Below are positions 49,512 through 59,744 of a DNA stretch of 64,000 nt, piece after piece. The notes under the pieces were generated by a model. That model searched no databases and was not told where the DNA came from. It saw only the letters and a list, made by a program, of their open reading frames with translations. The translations under genes and the position numbers were made by a program. Where the stretch lies: assembly GCA_963674755.2 (NCBI GenBank), contig CAXXVS010000002.1:544001-608000 (forward strand), read 5' to 3'. This stretch comes from Desulfobacterales bacterium. Lineage in GTDB: Bacteria > Desulfobacterota > Desulfobacteria > Desulfobacterales > UBA5852. Position 1 is the stretch's first letter; every line of letters starts with the position of its first letter.

Positions 49512-49878
49512 AACAGGCGCCCTCTTTCTCCCCTATCGATGTTTGCCGATATCGTGTCGCTTTGGCGGCCGCACCTTCTCACGAATATCTCGCCTAGATC
49601 GCCGGCCGGCACCCTAACCGCTTCTGAAACATACCGGTGCGGATCATCGGCATTTCTCTCTCCGGGAAGACTTGGCCCATCATTTGTCATGGTCATTATA
49701 GTGGGATTAACCATTGACATAACATGACATTTTTTTTATCGGAACTACGATAGAGGGTAGTTCAAAGGCTGTCAAGGGCTCCCTGGGAAAGGACAGGCAA
49801 CGCCGATGCGCCCCCGCACCAACAAGACCTCCGAATCCACCGGCCGACCGGAGCATCTGAAAAAGGCCGTCCGAGGAA

Positions 49879-50364
49879 ATGACCATGTTTAACTTGCGCG
49901 ATATACTGGATATGGCCATCCAAATTGAACACAACGGGGAAGCGGTCTACCGTAAGGCCCTGGCGCGGGCCGCGGATCCGGAATTTGTGGAAATGCTGTC
50001 CTGGATGGCGGAGGAAGAATCCCGGCATGCCCGTCACTTTGACGCCATCCGGCAAAAGCTGACCACTGAAGACGATAACTTGCTGATGGACGAACTGGGC
50101 CGGTTGATGATGGAAAATATTGTAGGGAATCGCAGCTTCTCGCTGGAGGAGGTCGATTTCAGCAAGGTCGACGACGTCAACGGTCTCCTGCGGATCATGA
50201 TCACATTTGAAAAGGATACGGTTGAATTCTATAATATTTTCCGTAACTTTCTTACGGATACCAAAGAACAAGCCTGTCTGGACGCTATCATTGCCGATGA
50301 ACAGGCACATATCCTCAAACTGGAGGAATGCCGCGACAAGAACCTGGCCTGTCACAAGACCTGA
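49879..50364 (+). CDS. Rubrerythrin/ferritin-like di-iron protein
   Basis: AIQIE, EEESRH, FEKDT..FY, DEQAH. Confidence 0.88.
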   Translation: MTMFNLRDILDMAIQIEHNGEAVYRKALARAADPEFVEMLSWMAEEESRHARHFDAIRQKLTTEDDNLLMDELGRLMMENIVGNRSFSLEEVDFSKVDDVNGLLRIMITFEKDTVEFYNIFRNFLTDTKEQACLDAIIADEQAHILKLEECRDKNLACHKT

Positions 50365-50390
50365 AGCGATGATCCCTCAAAGGGCAGCTG

Positions 50391-50990
50391 TCAGGGAGAC
50401 TTGTGCTCGCGATAGTGGGTGACGAGCTCGTCCACCGACCGGCCATCGGGGGCCATCGCCAGGGGGTTGATTTTCAGGAGTCCCTCCCAGGCCTGTATGG
50501 CCCCTTTCCGGTCGTTGAGATCGTGGAGCAGGACAACGCCCTTGTTGAAGCGGGGGGTTTCGAGCTGCGGGTCGAGGGCGATGGCACGGTCGAATTCCCG
50601 CACGGCGTCCTCGGGCCGCTTGGCGCGTCGGTACATTACGCCCAGGTCGGTATGCACTGTTGCGTCATCGGGGGCCAGGGCCAAGGCTTTCTCATAGGCC
50701 TCGATGGCTTCCGGCACGGCATTGCGGTCAAAATTAAGGTGCCCGAGCTGGATCCACGAGGCGACATCATTCGGGTTCTGGCGCACTTTGGCTTCCAGGG
50801 CTTCGAGCATGCGGGCCCGCCCTTCATCTGCGGTGCTGTTGGCCACTTGGGCCGGGGGCAGGTCGGAACTCGTCTTATAGATCCCGAACACCAGCCCACC
50901 GAAAAATCCCACCATGAGGGCCAGAACGACCGATGTCATGAGGGTCTGTTGGGTGACATAGGCGTTGCGGGGGGAACTCTTCTGGGACAT
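50391..50990 (-). CDS. Membrane-anchored TPR protein
   Basis: N-terminal TM segment and about three TPR repeats; AAGGAG SD. Confidence 0.88.
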   Translation of the reverse strand: MSQKSSPRNAYVTQQTLMTSVVLALMVGFFGGLVFGIYKTSSDLPPAQVANSTADEGRARMLEALEAKVRQNPNDVASWIQLGHLNFDRNAVPEAIEAYEKALALAPDDATVHTDLGVMYRRAKRPEDAVREFDRAIALDPQLETPRFNKGVVLLHDLNDRKGAIQAWEGLLKINPLAMAPDGRSVDELVTHYREHKSP

Positions 50991-51439
50991 CGGGTACTCC
51001 TTGTTTTTAACATTTCACCGGGCGGCCTCAGGGATGGCCGGGGATATCCAACTCGTACCCCGCCACCGGCCCCGTAAGGTGCCCGGACCGGAAAGCATCA
51101 GCAGGTCCACCACGAAATCAACTCATCGTGCGCCTCCTGGTTGACGTCCCATAGAGGCTTCTCTATCATACGCCATAGACGCTGCCTTAGACAATGCCCT
51201 TGTGCTGGTCGCACAAAAGTGACAGCACACCATGCCGCAGGGCGGCAACTGCTCCCGGGGCGGACAGAACCGTTGGGACAAATGCGAGGCGCCTAACACC
51301 TGGAGGGGGGGACCGCCGTATTCACGGGCCGGGTTCACAACCGTAAAAAAACAACAGGGCCGCCGCGGGGTCCGGGTTTCCTCTCCCGGCAGCGCACGCG
51401 GCCGCAAAATACAGCCGAAAGGAACCGCTGGTGATTATC

Positions 51440-51658
51440 ATGGTCGCTGAAGTAAGTGCCCGGGGGGAGCTCAAGCAGGGCGTGGTGACATTGACCCTGT
51501 CCCAAGAGCCGGATGGCTGGACCTATCGGGTGGACGGCATGCAGGACGGAGGCTTTACCCTTGCGTGGCGCGCCCGCTCTCCGGAGGGGGCCTCCCGCAA
51601 ATTACAGGATGTCTATGACCCGGCCACTTGGGATATGACGGTCCGGCAGGCGGAATAA
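51440..51658 (+). CDS. Small hypothetical protein (72 aa)
   Basis: Compact ORF directly upstream of the Lon-type protease gene. Confidence 0.55.
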   Translation: MVAEVSARGELKQGVVTLTLSQEPDGWTYRVDGMQDGGFTLAWRARSPEGASRKLQDVYDPATWDMTVRQAE

Positions 51659-51697
51659 ACGGCGGAAACGCCCAACCCTTTCCGAGAGGATGACCCT

Positions 51698-54112
51698 ATG
51701 CAGGAACATCTCGCCGTTGCCGCCGAGGATCTGCGGCGCATCTGTGACCCCGCACAGTTTGACTTCCGTGACACTTCCGAACTGAAGCCCCTGGAATCCG
51801 TTATCGGACAGGAACGGGCGGTCCAGGCCATCGACTTCGGCCTCAATATGAAGAGTGCCGGCTACAACATTTTCGTGACCGGTCCGGTGGGGGCCGGCAA
51901 ATCGACGATTATCCGCGACATTGTCAACAAATTTGCGCGCAGCCAGCCGCAGCCGGATGATTGGTGCCTGGTGAATAACTTCCAGGACGTTTATCGCCCG
52001 GCGACCCTCCCGCTGCCTCCCGGCCGCGCCTTCGAATTCTCTAAACGCATGCGTAAGGTCGTTACCGACTTGCGCGGGGCGCTGCCCAAGATTTTCAGCG
52101 ATAAAGAGTTCCAGGACCGCCAGGCAGGTCTGCAGGACAAATATGTCCATGCCCAGGAGCGTCTTTTTGAAGAACTTCAAGCCCAGGCGGCGGAAAACAA
52201 CCTGCGCATCAACCGGACCAAAATCGGCTACCAGACCCTGGCTCTGCGCAACAACCAGCCCATCACCAAAGAAGACTTTGCCGCCCTTCCTGAAACGGAA
52301 CAAGCCGGCATCAAGGAAACCATCCGGACGTTTCAAGCGGTCATCGAAAAGGCAGAGCACCATATCGCCGAGCTGGCCCAGAAACACCAGTCTGCCATGG
52401 AGCAGCTCATGCAGGAGGCGGCCCTCTTTCTTATCCGCAGCCGATTGAATGTCCTCCGCCGGGCCTTTGAAGAGTGCCCGGCGGTACTGCCGTATCTGGA
52501 CCGTGTCCAGGATGATATGCTGGAAAACATTCATTTTTTTCTGCCCTCCAAGGAAGAGAATGCCGTCGCCGGTGAAAATGGCGCGGTCTTCGGCGCGTTC
52601 GATTTCAAACGGTATGACGTCAACGTATTGGCAGACCGCCAAACCGTGGAAGGGGCTCCCGTCATTCTGGAGCCCAACCCCACCTACCAGAACCTTTTCG
52701 GCCATATCGAAAAACGGGCTTCCATGGGCGGTGTGAAAACCGATTTTACCATGGTCCAAGGGGGCGCTCTGCTGCGCGCCAACGGCGGCTATCTGATCAT
52801 GGAGGTGGAAGCGCTCATGATGAACCCCCTGGTGTGGGAAGCGCTCAAGCGGGCTTTGCAGACCAAGGTGCTGAGTATCGAAGATATGCCTTCGGAAATG
52901 GGCTATGGGGTCACTTCCCTGCGGCCGGAGCCGATTCCCCTGGATGTCAAGGTCATCTTGTTGGGTAGCTACACGATCTTTGAAATCTTGCAGAACAACG
53001 ATTCCAAGTTTGACAAGATCTTCAAGGTGCGTGCGGATTTCGATTTTGAGACGGATTTGACGCCTGAAGCGGTACAACTCTATGCCCGCTTCATCGCCCG
53101 GGCCTGCCGCGAAGAACACCTGCTGCCGTTCACCCCCCAGGGGGTGGCCTCGATGGTGGAATACAGCGAGCGCTTCGTGGCCGATCAGAAGAAATTGTCT
53201 CTCCGCTTTGGCCCCATCGTGGACATTCTAAAAGAGGCCGATTACTGGGCCCGCAAGCAGAACAGTTCCGCCGTCAGCAGCGCACACGTGCAGCAGGCCA
53301 TCCAGAAACGGCGCTTCCGTTATAACCTCTATGAGGAGAAGATGCGGGAAGCTTTTGAAAACGAAAGTGTTCTGCTCGACGTCCAAGGGGAGATGGTCGG
53401 CCAGGTGACCGCCCTGGCGGTCTATCAGATGGGCGACATCGCCTTCGGTCGGCCGAGCCGCATCACGGCCGAAACGTTCATGGGCAAACCGGGCATCGTC
53501 AGCATCGAACGGGAAGTCGACCTGAGCGGCCGCACCCATGACAAAGGGGTGATGATATTGAGCGGCTACCTGGGGCGCACTTTTGCCCAACATGCCCCTC
53601 TGGGCATCAGTATCAGTCTGACCTTCGAACAGAGCTACGGACCAGTGGATGGCGACAGCGCTTCCTCCACCGAGTTGTACGTCATCCTCTCGAGCCTGGC
53701 CGACCTGGCGATTCGGCAAGGCATTGCGGTGACCGGTTCGGTGAACCAGAAGGGCGAAATCCAGGCCATCGGCGGGGTGAACCAGAAAGTGGAGGGGTAT
53801 TTCGATGTCTGCCGCCAGAAAGGCCTGACGGGCCACCAGGGGGTGATCATTCCCAGGGCCAATTTGACCCATCTCATGCTCAAGGAAGAAGTGGTCTCCG
53901 CGGTTCAGGCGGGCCAGTTCCATGTTTACCAGGTGGGCAATGTCACCGAGGGCATTCAGATCCTGACAGGCGTCCCGGCCGGCGACCCGGACGCGGAGGG
54001 CGTTTACCCACCTGACACGGTATACGGGCGTATCCAAAACAAACTGAATATCTTTATCGAGCGCAGCCAGAAATTGAAGCGCGCTGAAATGCAGCCGGTC
54101 ACGAAGGCCTGA
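51698..54112 (+). CDS. Lon-related ATP-dependent protease (LonB/LonC type, S16)
   Basis: IGQERA, GPVGAGKST, coiled-coil insert, DGDSASS (catalytic Ser), IGGVNQKVEG (catalytic Lys). Confidence 0.93.
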   Translation: MQEHLAVAAEDLRRICDPAQFDFRDTSELKPLESVIGQERAVQAIDFGLNMKSAGYNIFVTGPVGAGKSTIIRDIVNKFARSQPQPDDWCLVNNFQDVYRPATLPLPPGRAFEFSKRMRKVVTDLRGALPKIFSDKEFQDRQAGLQDKYVHAQERLFEELQAQAAENNLRINRTKIGYQTLALRNNQPITKEDFAALPETEQAGIKETIRTFQAVIEKAEHHIAELAQKHQSAMEQLMQEAALFLIRSRLNVLRRAFEECPAVLPYLDRVQDDMLENIHFFLPSKEENAVAGENGAVFGAFDFKRYDVNVLADRQTVEGAPVILEPNPTYQNLFGHIEKRASMGGVKTDFTMVQGGALLRANGGYLIMEVEALMMNPLVWEALKRALQTKVLSIEDMPSEMGYGVTSLRPEPIPLDVKVILLGSYTIFEILQNNDSKFDKIFKVRADFDFETDLTPEAVQLYARFIARACREEHLLPFTPQGVASMVEYSERFVADQKKLSLRFGPIVDILKEADYWARKQNSSAVSSAHVQQAIQKRRFRYNLYEEKMREAFENESVLLDVQGEMVGQVTALAVYQMGDIAFGRPSRITAETFMGKPGIVSIEREVDLSGRTHDKGVMILSGYLGRTFAQHAPLGISISLTFEQSYGPVDGDSASSTELYVILSSLADLAIRQGIAVTGSVNQKGEIQAIGGVNQKVEGYFDVCRQKGLTGHQGVIIPRANLTHLMLKEEVVSAVQAGQFHVYQVGNVTEGIQILTGVPAGDPDAEGVYPPDTVYGRIQNKLNIFIERSQKLKRAEMQPVTKA

Positions 54113-54306
54113 AGACGGGATGATATGATAATCCGGAATGCCCGTCATAAACCATAAAAAGCTTTATCAATCGGGTGAATTCGTTTAAAGACGGTAGAAC
54201 GCCGGGCTGGGCCCCGGGGAATGGCGTGGGGCGGGGCTCGGAGGCTGTATGGGCCAGCGATATTCCCGTTCGTAGCGGCCGCTTTCCGACGGGTAAGGGA
54301 GAATTC

Positions 54307-55776
54307 ATGAATCGCGATAGCTATATTGAATCGCTTCGATCGGAATTGCTTGATCTGGTCGAGGAACACCTGTCCCCCATCGCTCTGCGATACGGCTACA
54401 GCGAAGTGCCGCTGGAAAGCAACATCAAATGGCGGCCGTTGGTCCTCGTCCTGGGCAATTACTCCTCGGGTAAATCGACCCTGATCAACGATTTTCTGGG
54501 GATGAATATCCAGGCCACCGGTCAGGCGCCCACGGATGATTCCTTCACGGTCATCACCCACGGTGAGCCGGATGGCGATCCGGACAAGATTCAGGTGGTG
54601 GAGACACGCGACGGCAAATTTCTTCTCAACGATCCCGAGTATCCCTTTGAAACCCTGAAACGTTACGGCCAGCGGTTTGCCGCGCATTTCCGGCTGAAAA
54701 AAGTCAACTCGCCATTCCTGGAAAACCTCGCCATCATCGATACCCCCGGTATGCTGGACAGCATTACCGAGCGGGACCGGGGCTACAACTATCAGGAGGT
54801 TATCGGCGATTTGGCCCAGATGGCCGATCTGGTGCTGGTCCTGTTCGACCCCCATAAAGCTGGAACGGTCCGCGAAACCCATACCAGTCTGCGGGACACC
54901 CTCCCGGCCAAAACCTTCGAGGACCGGGTGCTTTTCGTGCTGAACCGGATCGACGAGTGTGCCTCGCTGATCGATTTGCTGCAGGTCTACGGCACATTGT
55001 GCTGGAATCTGTCGCAGATGACCGGGCGCAAGGATATTCCGCCGATCCGGCTGACCTATTCGGCCCATGCCATGTCGACCCCGTCGGGTGAACTGGGCCA
55101 GGATCTCGACTATCTCCGCTACCTGGCCAACCAGCGCACCGAGCTCAAGGAAGCGGTGCTGCAGGCGCCGCGCTACCGCCTGGACAACCTGGCCACATTC
55201 GTGGAAACCCACGGGGAGCGCCTCTCACACTTGCTGGAAGCCCTGGTAAGCTACCGGACACAGGCCAACAAATACCGCCTCAAACAGGTGGTGATGGGGA
55301 TGGTAGCAGGCGTGCTGGCCAGCGGCGCAACGGCCGTCGGATTGGTTGCCGCCGGCCTGATGGTGCCCGAGCCCCATCTGCTTGGCGCTGTCGCCGGTGG
55401 CGCAGGCATCCTGGGATTCGCGCTCTGGGTGAGCACCATCGGCCGCTGGCTGCGGCGGCGGTTCCATCGGGAGCAGCTCAAGAACCTCGATCGTCTGACG
55501 CCCTTGCGCAATCAGACCCGCCGGGACAGCTGGCAGTCCGTGCGCGACCTGGTCTATATGACTTTGAAACGCACCGAGGGGCGCATCGCACTCAAGCAGG
55601 TCAAAGCGGAATATCAGGCCGTCCACCGCATTTACATGGAAGGTGCCAAAGACATTCGTGAAGCGCTGAACGAATTATCCGGGCTGCGGGTGGGTGAAGT
55701 GCCTTCGTGGGCGGGACCAAAAACCGAAGAAGGCAGCCGCGAGTTTCCCTTCAAAGAGCTTTCCCGAACGGATTAG
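54307..55776 (+). CDS. Dynamin-superfamily, EHD-like NTPase with C-terminal hydrophobic hairpin
   Basis: GNYSSGKS, PTDDSF, IIDTPG, DRGYNY, LFDPHK, NRID. Confidence 0.85.
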   Translation: MNRDSYIESLRSELLDLVEEHLSPIALRYGYSEVPLESNIKWRPLVLVLGNYSSGKSTLINDFLGMNIQATGQAPTDDSFTVITHGEPDGDPDKIQVVETRDGKFLLNDPEYPFETLKRYGQRFAAHFRLKKVNSPFLENLAIIDTPGMLDSITERDRGYNYQEVIGDLAQMADLVLVLFDPHKAGTVRETHTSLRDTLPAKTFEDRVLFVLNRIDECASLIDLLQVYGTLCWNLSQMTGRKDIPPIRLTYSAHAMSTPSGELGQDLDYLRYLANQRTELKEAVLQAPRYRLDNLATFVETHGERLSHLLEALVSYRTQANKYRLKQVVMGMVAGVLASGATAVGLVAAGLMVPEPHLLGAVAGGAGILGFALWVSTIGRWLRRRFHREQLKNLDRLTPLRNQTRRDSWQSVRDLVYMTLKRTEGRIALKQVKAEYQAVHRIYMEGAKDIREALNELSGLRVGEVPSWAGPKTEEGSREFPFKELSRTD

Positions 55777-55872
55777 CGCCTCCTGGATTCTGCCGTGGTC
55801 CTGCTGGTCGTGCGGGGGCGGGCCAACGCCTGCCGCCCAGGGACGGCCGCCGATGCCTGGCGGCGGGAGGTA

Positions 55873-56403
55873 TCAGGCCGCCGCCAATGATTGGGCCATC
55901 ATCAACCCGCTGATGGTTTTAGCGTCCCGGATGCGGCCCGTCCTGATCATTTCCAACGTTTCTGCAAAACGGAATTCGTGAATCTCGATAATCTCATCCG
56001 GATCCAGTTGCTGTTCTGCCGGGGCCAGGTTCTGCGCGCGGAAGAGATGAATCGTTTCGTCCGAATAGGCGGGCAAGGGTGCGATGGCCCCCAACTTGTG
56101 CCAATCCCGGGCCGACATCCCGACTTCTTCGATCAGTTCGCGCCGGGCGCAGGTCAGCGGCGATTCGCCGGGCTCCATCGTTCCGGCGGGGATTTCCCAG
56201 ATATAGGCATCGATGGCGTAGCGGTATTGGCGGATCAACAGCACATGGCCGCGATCGGTTACGGGCACGATGGCGGCTGCCCCGGGATGGCGAATAACGT
56301 CAAGGGTCGTGGCCACGCCATTGGGCAGTGTGACCTGATCGCGATGCAGTGCAATTACGCGACCCTGGTGGACAATCGTGGAGTCGTGGCAGCGGGAGGG
56401 CAT
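55873..56403 (-). CDS. Nudix hydrolase (ADP-ribose pyrophosphatase-like)
   Basis: HPGAAAIVP, QYRY, EIPAG...ARRELIEEVG, DAKT. Confidence 0.92.
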   Translation of the reverse strand: MPSRCHDSTIVHQGRVIALHRDQVTLPNGVATTLDVIRHPGAAAIVPVTDRGHVLLIRQYRYAIDAYIWEIPAGTMEPGESPLTCARRELIEEVGMSARDWHKLGAIAPLPAYSDETIHLFRAQNLAPAEQQLDPDEIIEIHEFRFAETLEMIRTGRIRDAKTISGLMMAQSLAAA

Positions 56404-56502
56404 GGTTTCCCTTTCGTCGGTCGTCAATCTTTGGGCACAAGGTCCCCGTTCCCGGGCGATGTCAATGGATCCGGACGATATCGTCTATGAATGAGTCCTG
56501 TC

Positions 56503-56648
56503 TAGTGTCCGTCCATAAATGGTAGCGTTTGGTTTATGGCAAGGCCCGAGCGCGTTTTCAACCGGAGGAATAGCGATCTATTTTGAGGATTGAAAACAAG
56601 CGAGAACGCCGCCAGGGGCCGAAAGATGCCATCTCTGAACGGGCACTA
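56503..56648. mobile_element. 146-bp MITE-like element with imperfect terminal inverted repeats
   Basis: Left end TAGTGTCCGTCCATAAATGG versus reverse complement of right end TAGTGCCCGTTCAGAGATGG (16/20); internal hairpin GTTTTCAA...AATAG/CTATT...TTGAAAAC. Confidence 0.7.
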
Positions 56649-56777
56649 TCTACGTCCACCATTTGATGGCTGTCAAGGAGCGCGGCGGTTTCCTCATTGT
56701 TTAAAAGCGCATTGACGTCCAAGGCGGGCGTCCCCATAATGGGGTGCGAGGTTGCCGGACCAGTGATGGAGGATGCG

Positions 56778-57338
56778 GTGACGGAACGGACCGGGAGAAG
56801 GTGTGTGCAAAGGACCGCCAGAAGGTTGGTGGGCGTTGCCGGATTGCTCGGGCTGCTGGGTTGCACCGTCATATCCCAGGGGATGATGGCCCAGGCCGAT
56901 AGGGACGTCACCTTTTCACAACTCAAGGCCGATACAGATCGTTATAAGGGACAGACGGTCATTCTGGGCGGACACATTATCGAGGTCCGCAACAAGGCCC
57001 GGGAGACCGTGATTCTGGTGCTGGAAACGCCCCTTGGGTCCGGTCAGGAACCCCGGCCGCCGGACCGCTCCCAGGGACGCTTTATGCTTTTCTGCGAAGG
57101 ATTCCTCGATCCCGAAGTATACGCCCAAGGGCGTATGCTCACGGTGGCCGGCCGTGTGCTGGGGCAAACCCGGGAAGCCATCGGGGACGAGCCCTACGTC
57201 TACCCGACCCTGGAAGCCCGGGAGATCCACCTTTGGGAACGCTATGAGGATCGGTACCGCTACCCACCGCCGTACCGGCCGCTCTATTACGATCCATGGG
57301 CCTATCGTTACCGGCGCTACGGTTATCCCTACCGATAA
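56778..57338 (+). CDS. Slp family outer-membrane lipoprotein
   Basis: Lipobox LLGC; ILGGHI, SQGRF, GFLDPEVY, YVYP...IHLW; start uncertain. Confidence 0.88.
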   Translation: MTERTGRRCVQRTARRLVGVAGLLGLLGCTVISQGMMAQADRDVTFSQLKADTDRYKGQTVILGGHIIEVRNKARETVILVLETPLGSGQEPRPPDRSQGRFMLFCEGFLDPEVYAQGRMLTVAGRVLGQTREAIGDEPYVYPTLEAREIHLWERYEDRYRYPPPYRPLYYDPWAYRYRRYGYPYR

Positions 57339-57421
57339 CGCCCGATGACGACGGCAGGCGAGGGGATCGCCCGTCGGATCGCCTTTACGGCGCTAAAACG
57401 CTATGTTGCAGGAGGATATCC

Positions 57422-57931
57422 ATGATGACGTTGGAGGAAGCGATCACCCAGGCGATTGATTACGAAACCCGCATCCGCGACCTTTATCGTGACGCCGTTC
57501 AAGGAACCGCCGATCCTAAAGGCCGCCATGTCTTTCAGGCCCTGGCGGACGATGAACAGCGCCATATCGACTATTTGGAGGCCAAGCGCACCCAATGGTA
57601 TGGCGAGGGGCGGATCACGGTTGAATCCCTGGCATCGCACATCCCGGTCGCCGAACTGTTGGCCGCCAATATGGAGGGCCTAGAGCAGACCATGGCCCGG
57701 GAAGACCGCACGGATGAAAAGCGTATGCTCAGCAAGGCCCTGCAGGTCGAGGTGGAGACCAGTGCCTTCTACCGCCGGATGGTGGAACAGGTGGAAGGGG
57801 ATGCCCGCGCCATGTTTGCCCGCTTCCTGGAAATCGAAGATGGCCATATCGCCGCCGTGCAGGCCGAATTGGACTATATCAGCCATACGGGCTTCTGGTT
57901 CGATTTCCAGGAATTCGACTTGGAGGACTGA
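57422..57931 (+). CDS. Rubrerythrin/ferritin-like di-iron protein
   Basis: AGGAGG SD; AIDYE, DEQRH, ALQVE...FY, IEDGH. Confidence 0.88.
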   Translation: MMTLEEAITQAIDYETRIRDLYRDAVQGTADPKGRHVFQALADDEQRHIDYLEAKRTQWYGEGRITVESLASHIPVAELLAANMEGLEQTMAREDRTDEKRMLSKALQVEVETSAFYRRMVEQVEGDARAMFARFLEIEDGHIAAVQAELDYISHTGFWFDFQEFDLED

Positions 57932-58175
57932 TGCTCCTGCCACATGTCGGGTTACTGTTCCGCCCGATCCCGACGCCGGTGAACTTATCCCTGTCGCTTG
58001 ACTGTTGAACGGGTGCGCCCGATTACCCGAGCGAACCAAAGCGCACCGGTCTGATCCAAGAGCCACCTTCCCTTGCCACAGCGCTGTCCGACATGGCGAT
58101 CTTGGTCCTTTGCCCGGAACAGGTTGCACCCCCGCCGGGCGCCGCAGGAACCCACTTTGCCGCTGGTTTTAAGTC

Positions 58176-58204
58176 TTGACACAAAACCCAAATTTTAATA
58201 TGAG
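58176..58204 (+). promoter_or_regulatory. Candidate sigma70 promoter of the rnf operon
   Basis: TTGACA-N17-TATGAG. Confidence 0.45.
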
Positions 58205-58300
58205 CCCTCTTTTGGTTCGATAAGTTGGTCGACGGGTTATTTTGTGGCGGGAAAGGACGTCGGTTTCATTGCCTGAATCCGGCGATGGTAAGGAGACGCT

Positions 58301-59662
58301 ATGGCAGGATCCGTTCAAGCTTTCGGGGGCAGCGGGACGTTCAAACATGGGGTCCACCCTCCGGAGCGGAAGCATTTTTCCGAAGATATGCCCATCGAGG
58401 TGGTGCCCACGCCCCAACAGGTGTTGCTGCCGATGTTGCAGCACGTCGGCGCGCCCAGCATTCCGGTGGTGAAACCCAAGGATGTCGTCGCCTTTGGCGA
58501 TATGGTTTGTAAAAGCGGCGGGTTCGTGTCGGCGCCGGTACACGCCCCGATTGCCGGCAAGGTGCTGAAATCGGCCGTCACCACGCTGCCCAACGGTCGT
58601 CACGTACAGGTGCTGCCCATCAAGGCGGAAGGCGATCAACTGGAAGGCCAGGCCCTGAAGCGTGAGATCCTGGGAGGGGACTGGTCGCTGGAGGACGTGA
58701 CCGATGATCGCGAAGCCATCACCCAAGCTATCGCCAATGCCGGCATCGTCGGGCTGGGCGGGGCGGCCTTTCCCACCCATGTCAAATATACCCCCAACGA
58801 TAAAAAACCCGTCGATACCGTGTTGATCAACGGGTGTGAATGCGAGCCCTACCTGACGCCCGATTATCGGGTCATGCTGGAAGCCGCCCCGGCCATCGTG
58901 GCCGGTGCGACGCTGGCCGGCCGTGCCGCCGGCGCACGGGACATCATCATCGCTGTTGAAGACAACAAACCCGAAGCCATCAAGACCCTCCAGGAAGCGG
59001 CCCAAGGCAGCGACGTCAAGATCGTGGTGGTCAAAACCAAATATCCCCAGGGCAGTGAAAAACAACTCATCATGGCGGTGCTCAAGCGGGAAGTTCCGTT
59101 GGGGGGGCTGCCCCTCGATGTGGGGGTCGCGGTGAGCAATGTGGGGACGACGGTGGCCATCGCCCGGGCGGTCCTGCGGGGCAAACCCATGACCCACCGT
59201 GTGGTCAGCGTCACGGGCAGCGGCATTCGCCAGCCTAAAAATTTGCTCGTTCCGGTGGGCATCGCGTATAGCGAGTTGATCGCGTTCTGTGGCGGCCTTA
59301 CGGAAAACGCCGCCCGCATCATTTCCGGCGGCCCCATGATGGGCTTTGCGTTCGCCAACCTCAATGCGCCGGTCACCAAGGGGACCAGCGCCGTGACGGT
59401 TCTGGTAGCCGACGACGTTCGCAAAGCGGACGAGACCGCCTGTATCCGCTGTGGCCGTTGCGTGGATGCCTGCCCCATGAATCTCGTGCCGACCAAGATC
59501 GCTTTGGCCAGTCGGGCCAAGGATGTGAATCTGGCCCAGGCCTATAACATCATGGCCTGTTTCGAATGCGGCTCCTGTGCGTTTACCTGTCCAGCCAGCA
59601 TTCCCCTGGTCCAATTGATTCGAACCGGCAAGGCGCTGGTGGTTGCCAGTCAGCGGAAATAG
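58301..59662 (+). CDS. rnfC: Rnf complex subunit C
   Basis: GIVGLGGAAFPTHVK, NGCECEPYLT, YPQGSEK, GGPMMG, two 4Fe-4S motifs. Confidence 0.97.
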   Translation: MAGSVQAFGGSGTFKHGVHPPERKHFSEDMPIEVVPTPQQVLLPMLQHVGAPSIPVVKPKDVVAFGDMVCKSGGFVSAPVHAPIAGKVLKSAVTTLPNGRHVQVLPIKAEGDQLEGQALKREILGGDWSLEDVTDDREAITQAIANAGIVGLGGAAFPTHVKYTPNDKKPVDTVLINGCECEPYLTPDYRVMLEAAPAIVAGATLAGRAAGARDIIIAVEDNKPEAIKTLQEAAQGSDVKIVVVKTKYPQGSEKQLIMAVLKREVPLGGLPLDVGVAVSNVGTTVAIARAVLRGKPMTHRVVSVTGSGIRQPKNLLVPVGIAYSELIAFCGGLTENAARIISGGPMMGFAFANLNAPVTKGTSAVTVLVADDVRKADETACIRCGRCVDACPMNLVPTKIALASRAKDVNLAQAYNIMACFECGSCAFTCPASIPLVQLIRTGKALVVASQRK

Positions 59663-59744
59663 GACGCGGCCCATGAGGGTCCGCCTCGTTTCGCATGCGG
59701 GGGCTCACCATTCGATCACCTCTAAGGCTGTTTAACGGATTATC

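Noticed and set aside
51060..51115. CCGGACCGGAAAGCATCAGC resembling SRP RNA domain IV
   Set aside because: It lacks the conserved TCAGG-NCC-GGAA-GGN-AGCAGC symmetric loop; kept only as an unknown structured region.
51602..59674. Long antisense ORFs (51602-53119, 53228-54148, 54145-55212, 58169-59674; likewise 29415-30590 and 45286-46380)
   Set aside because: Shadow frames opposite well-supported genes, expected at high GC; no recognisable motifs.
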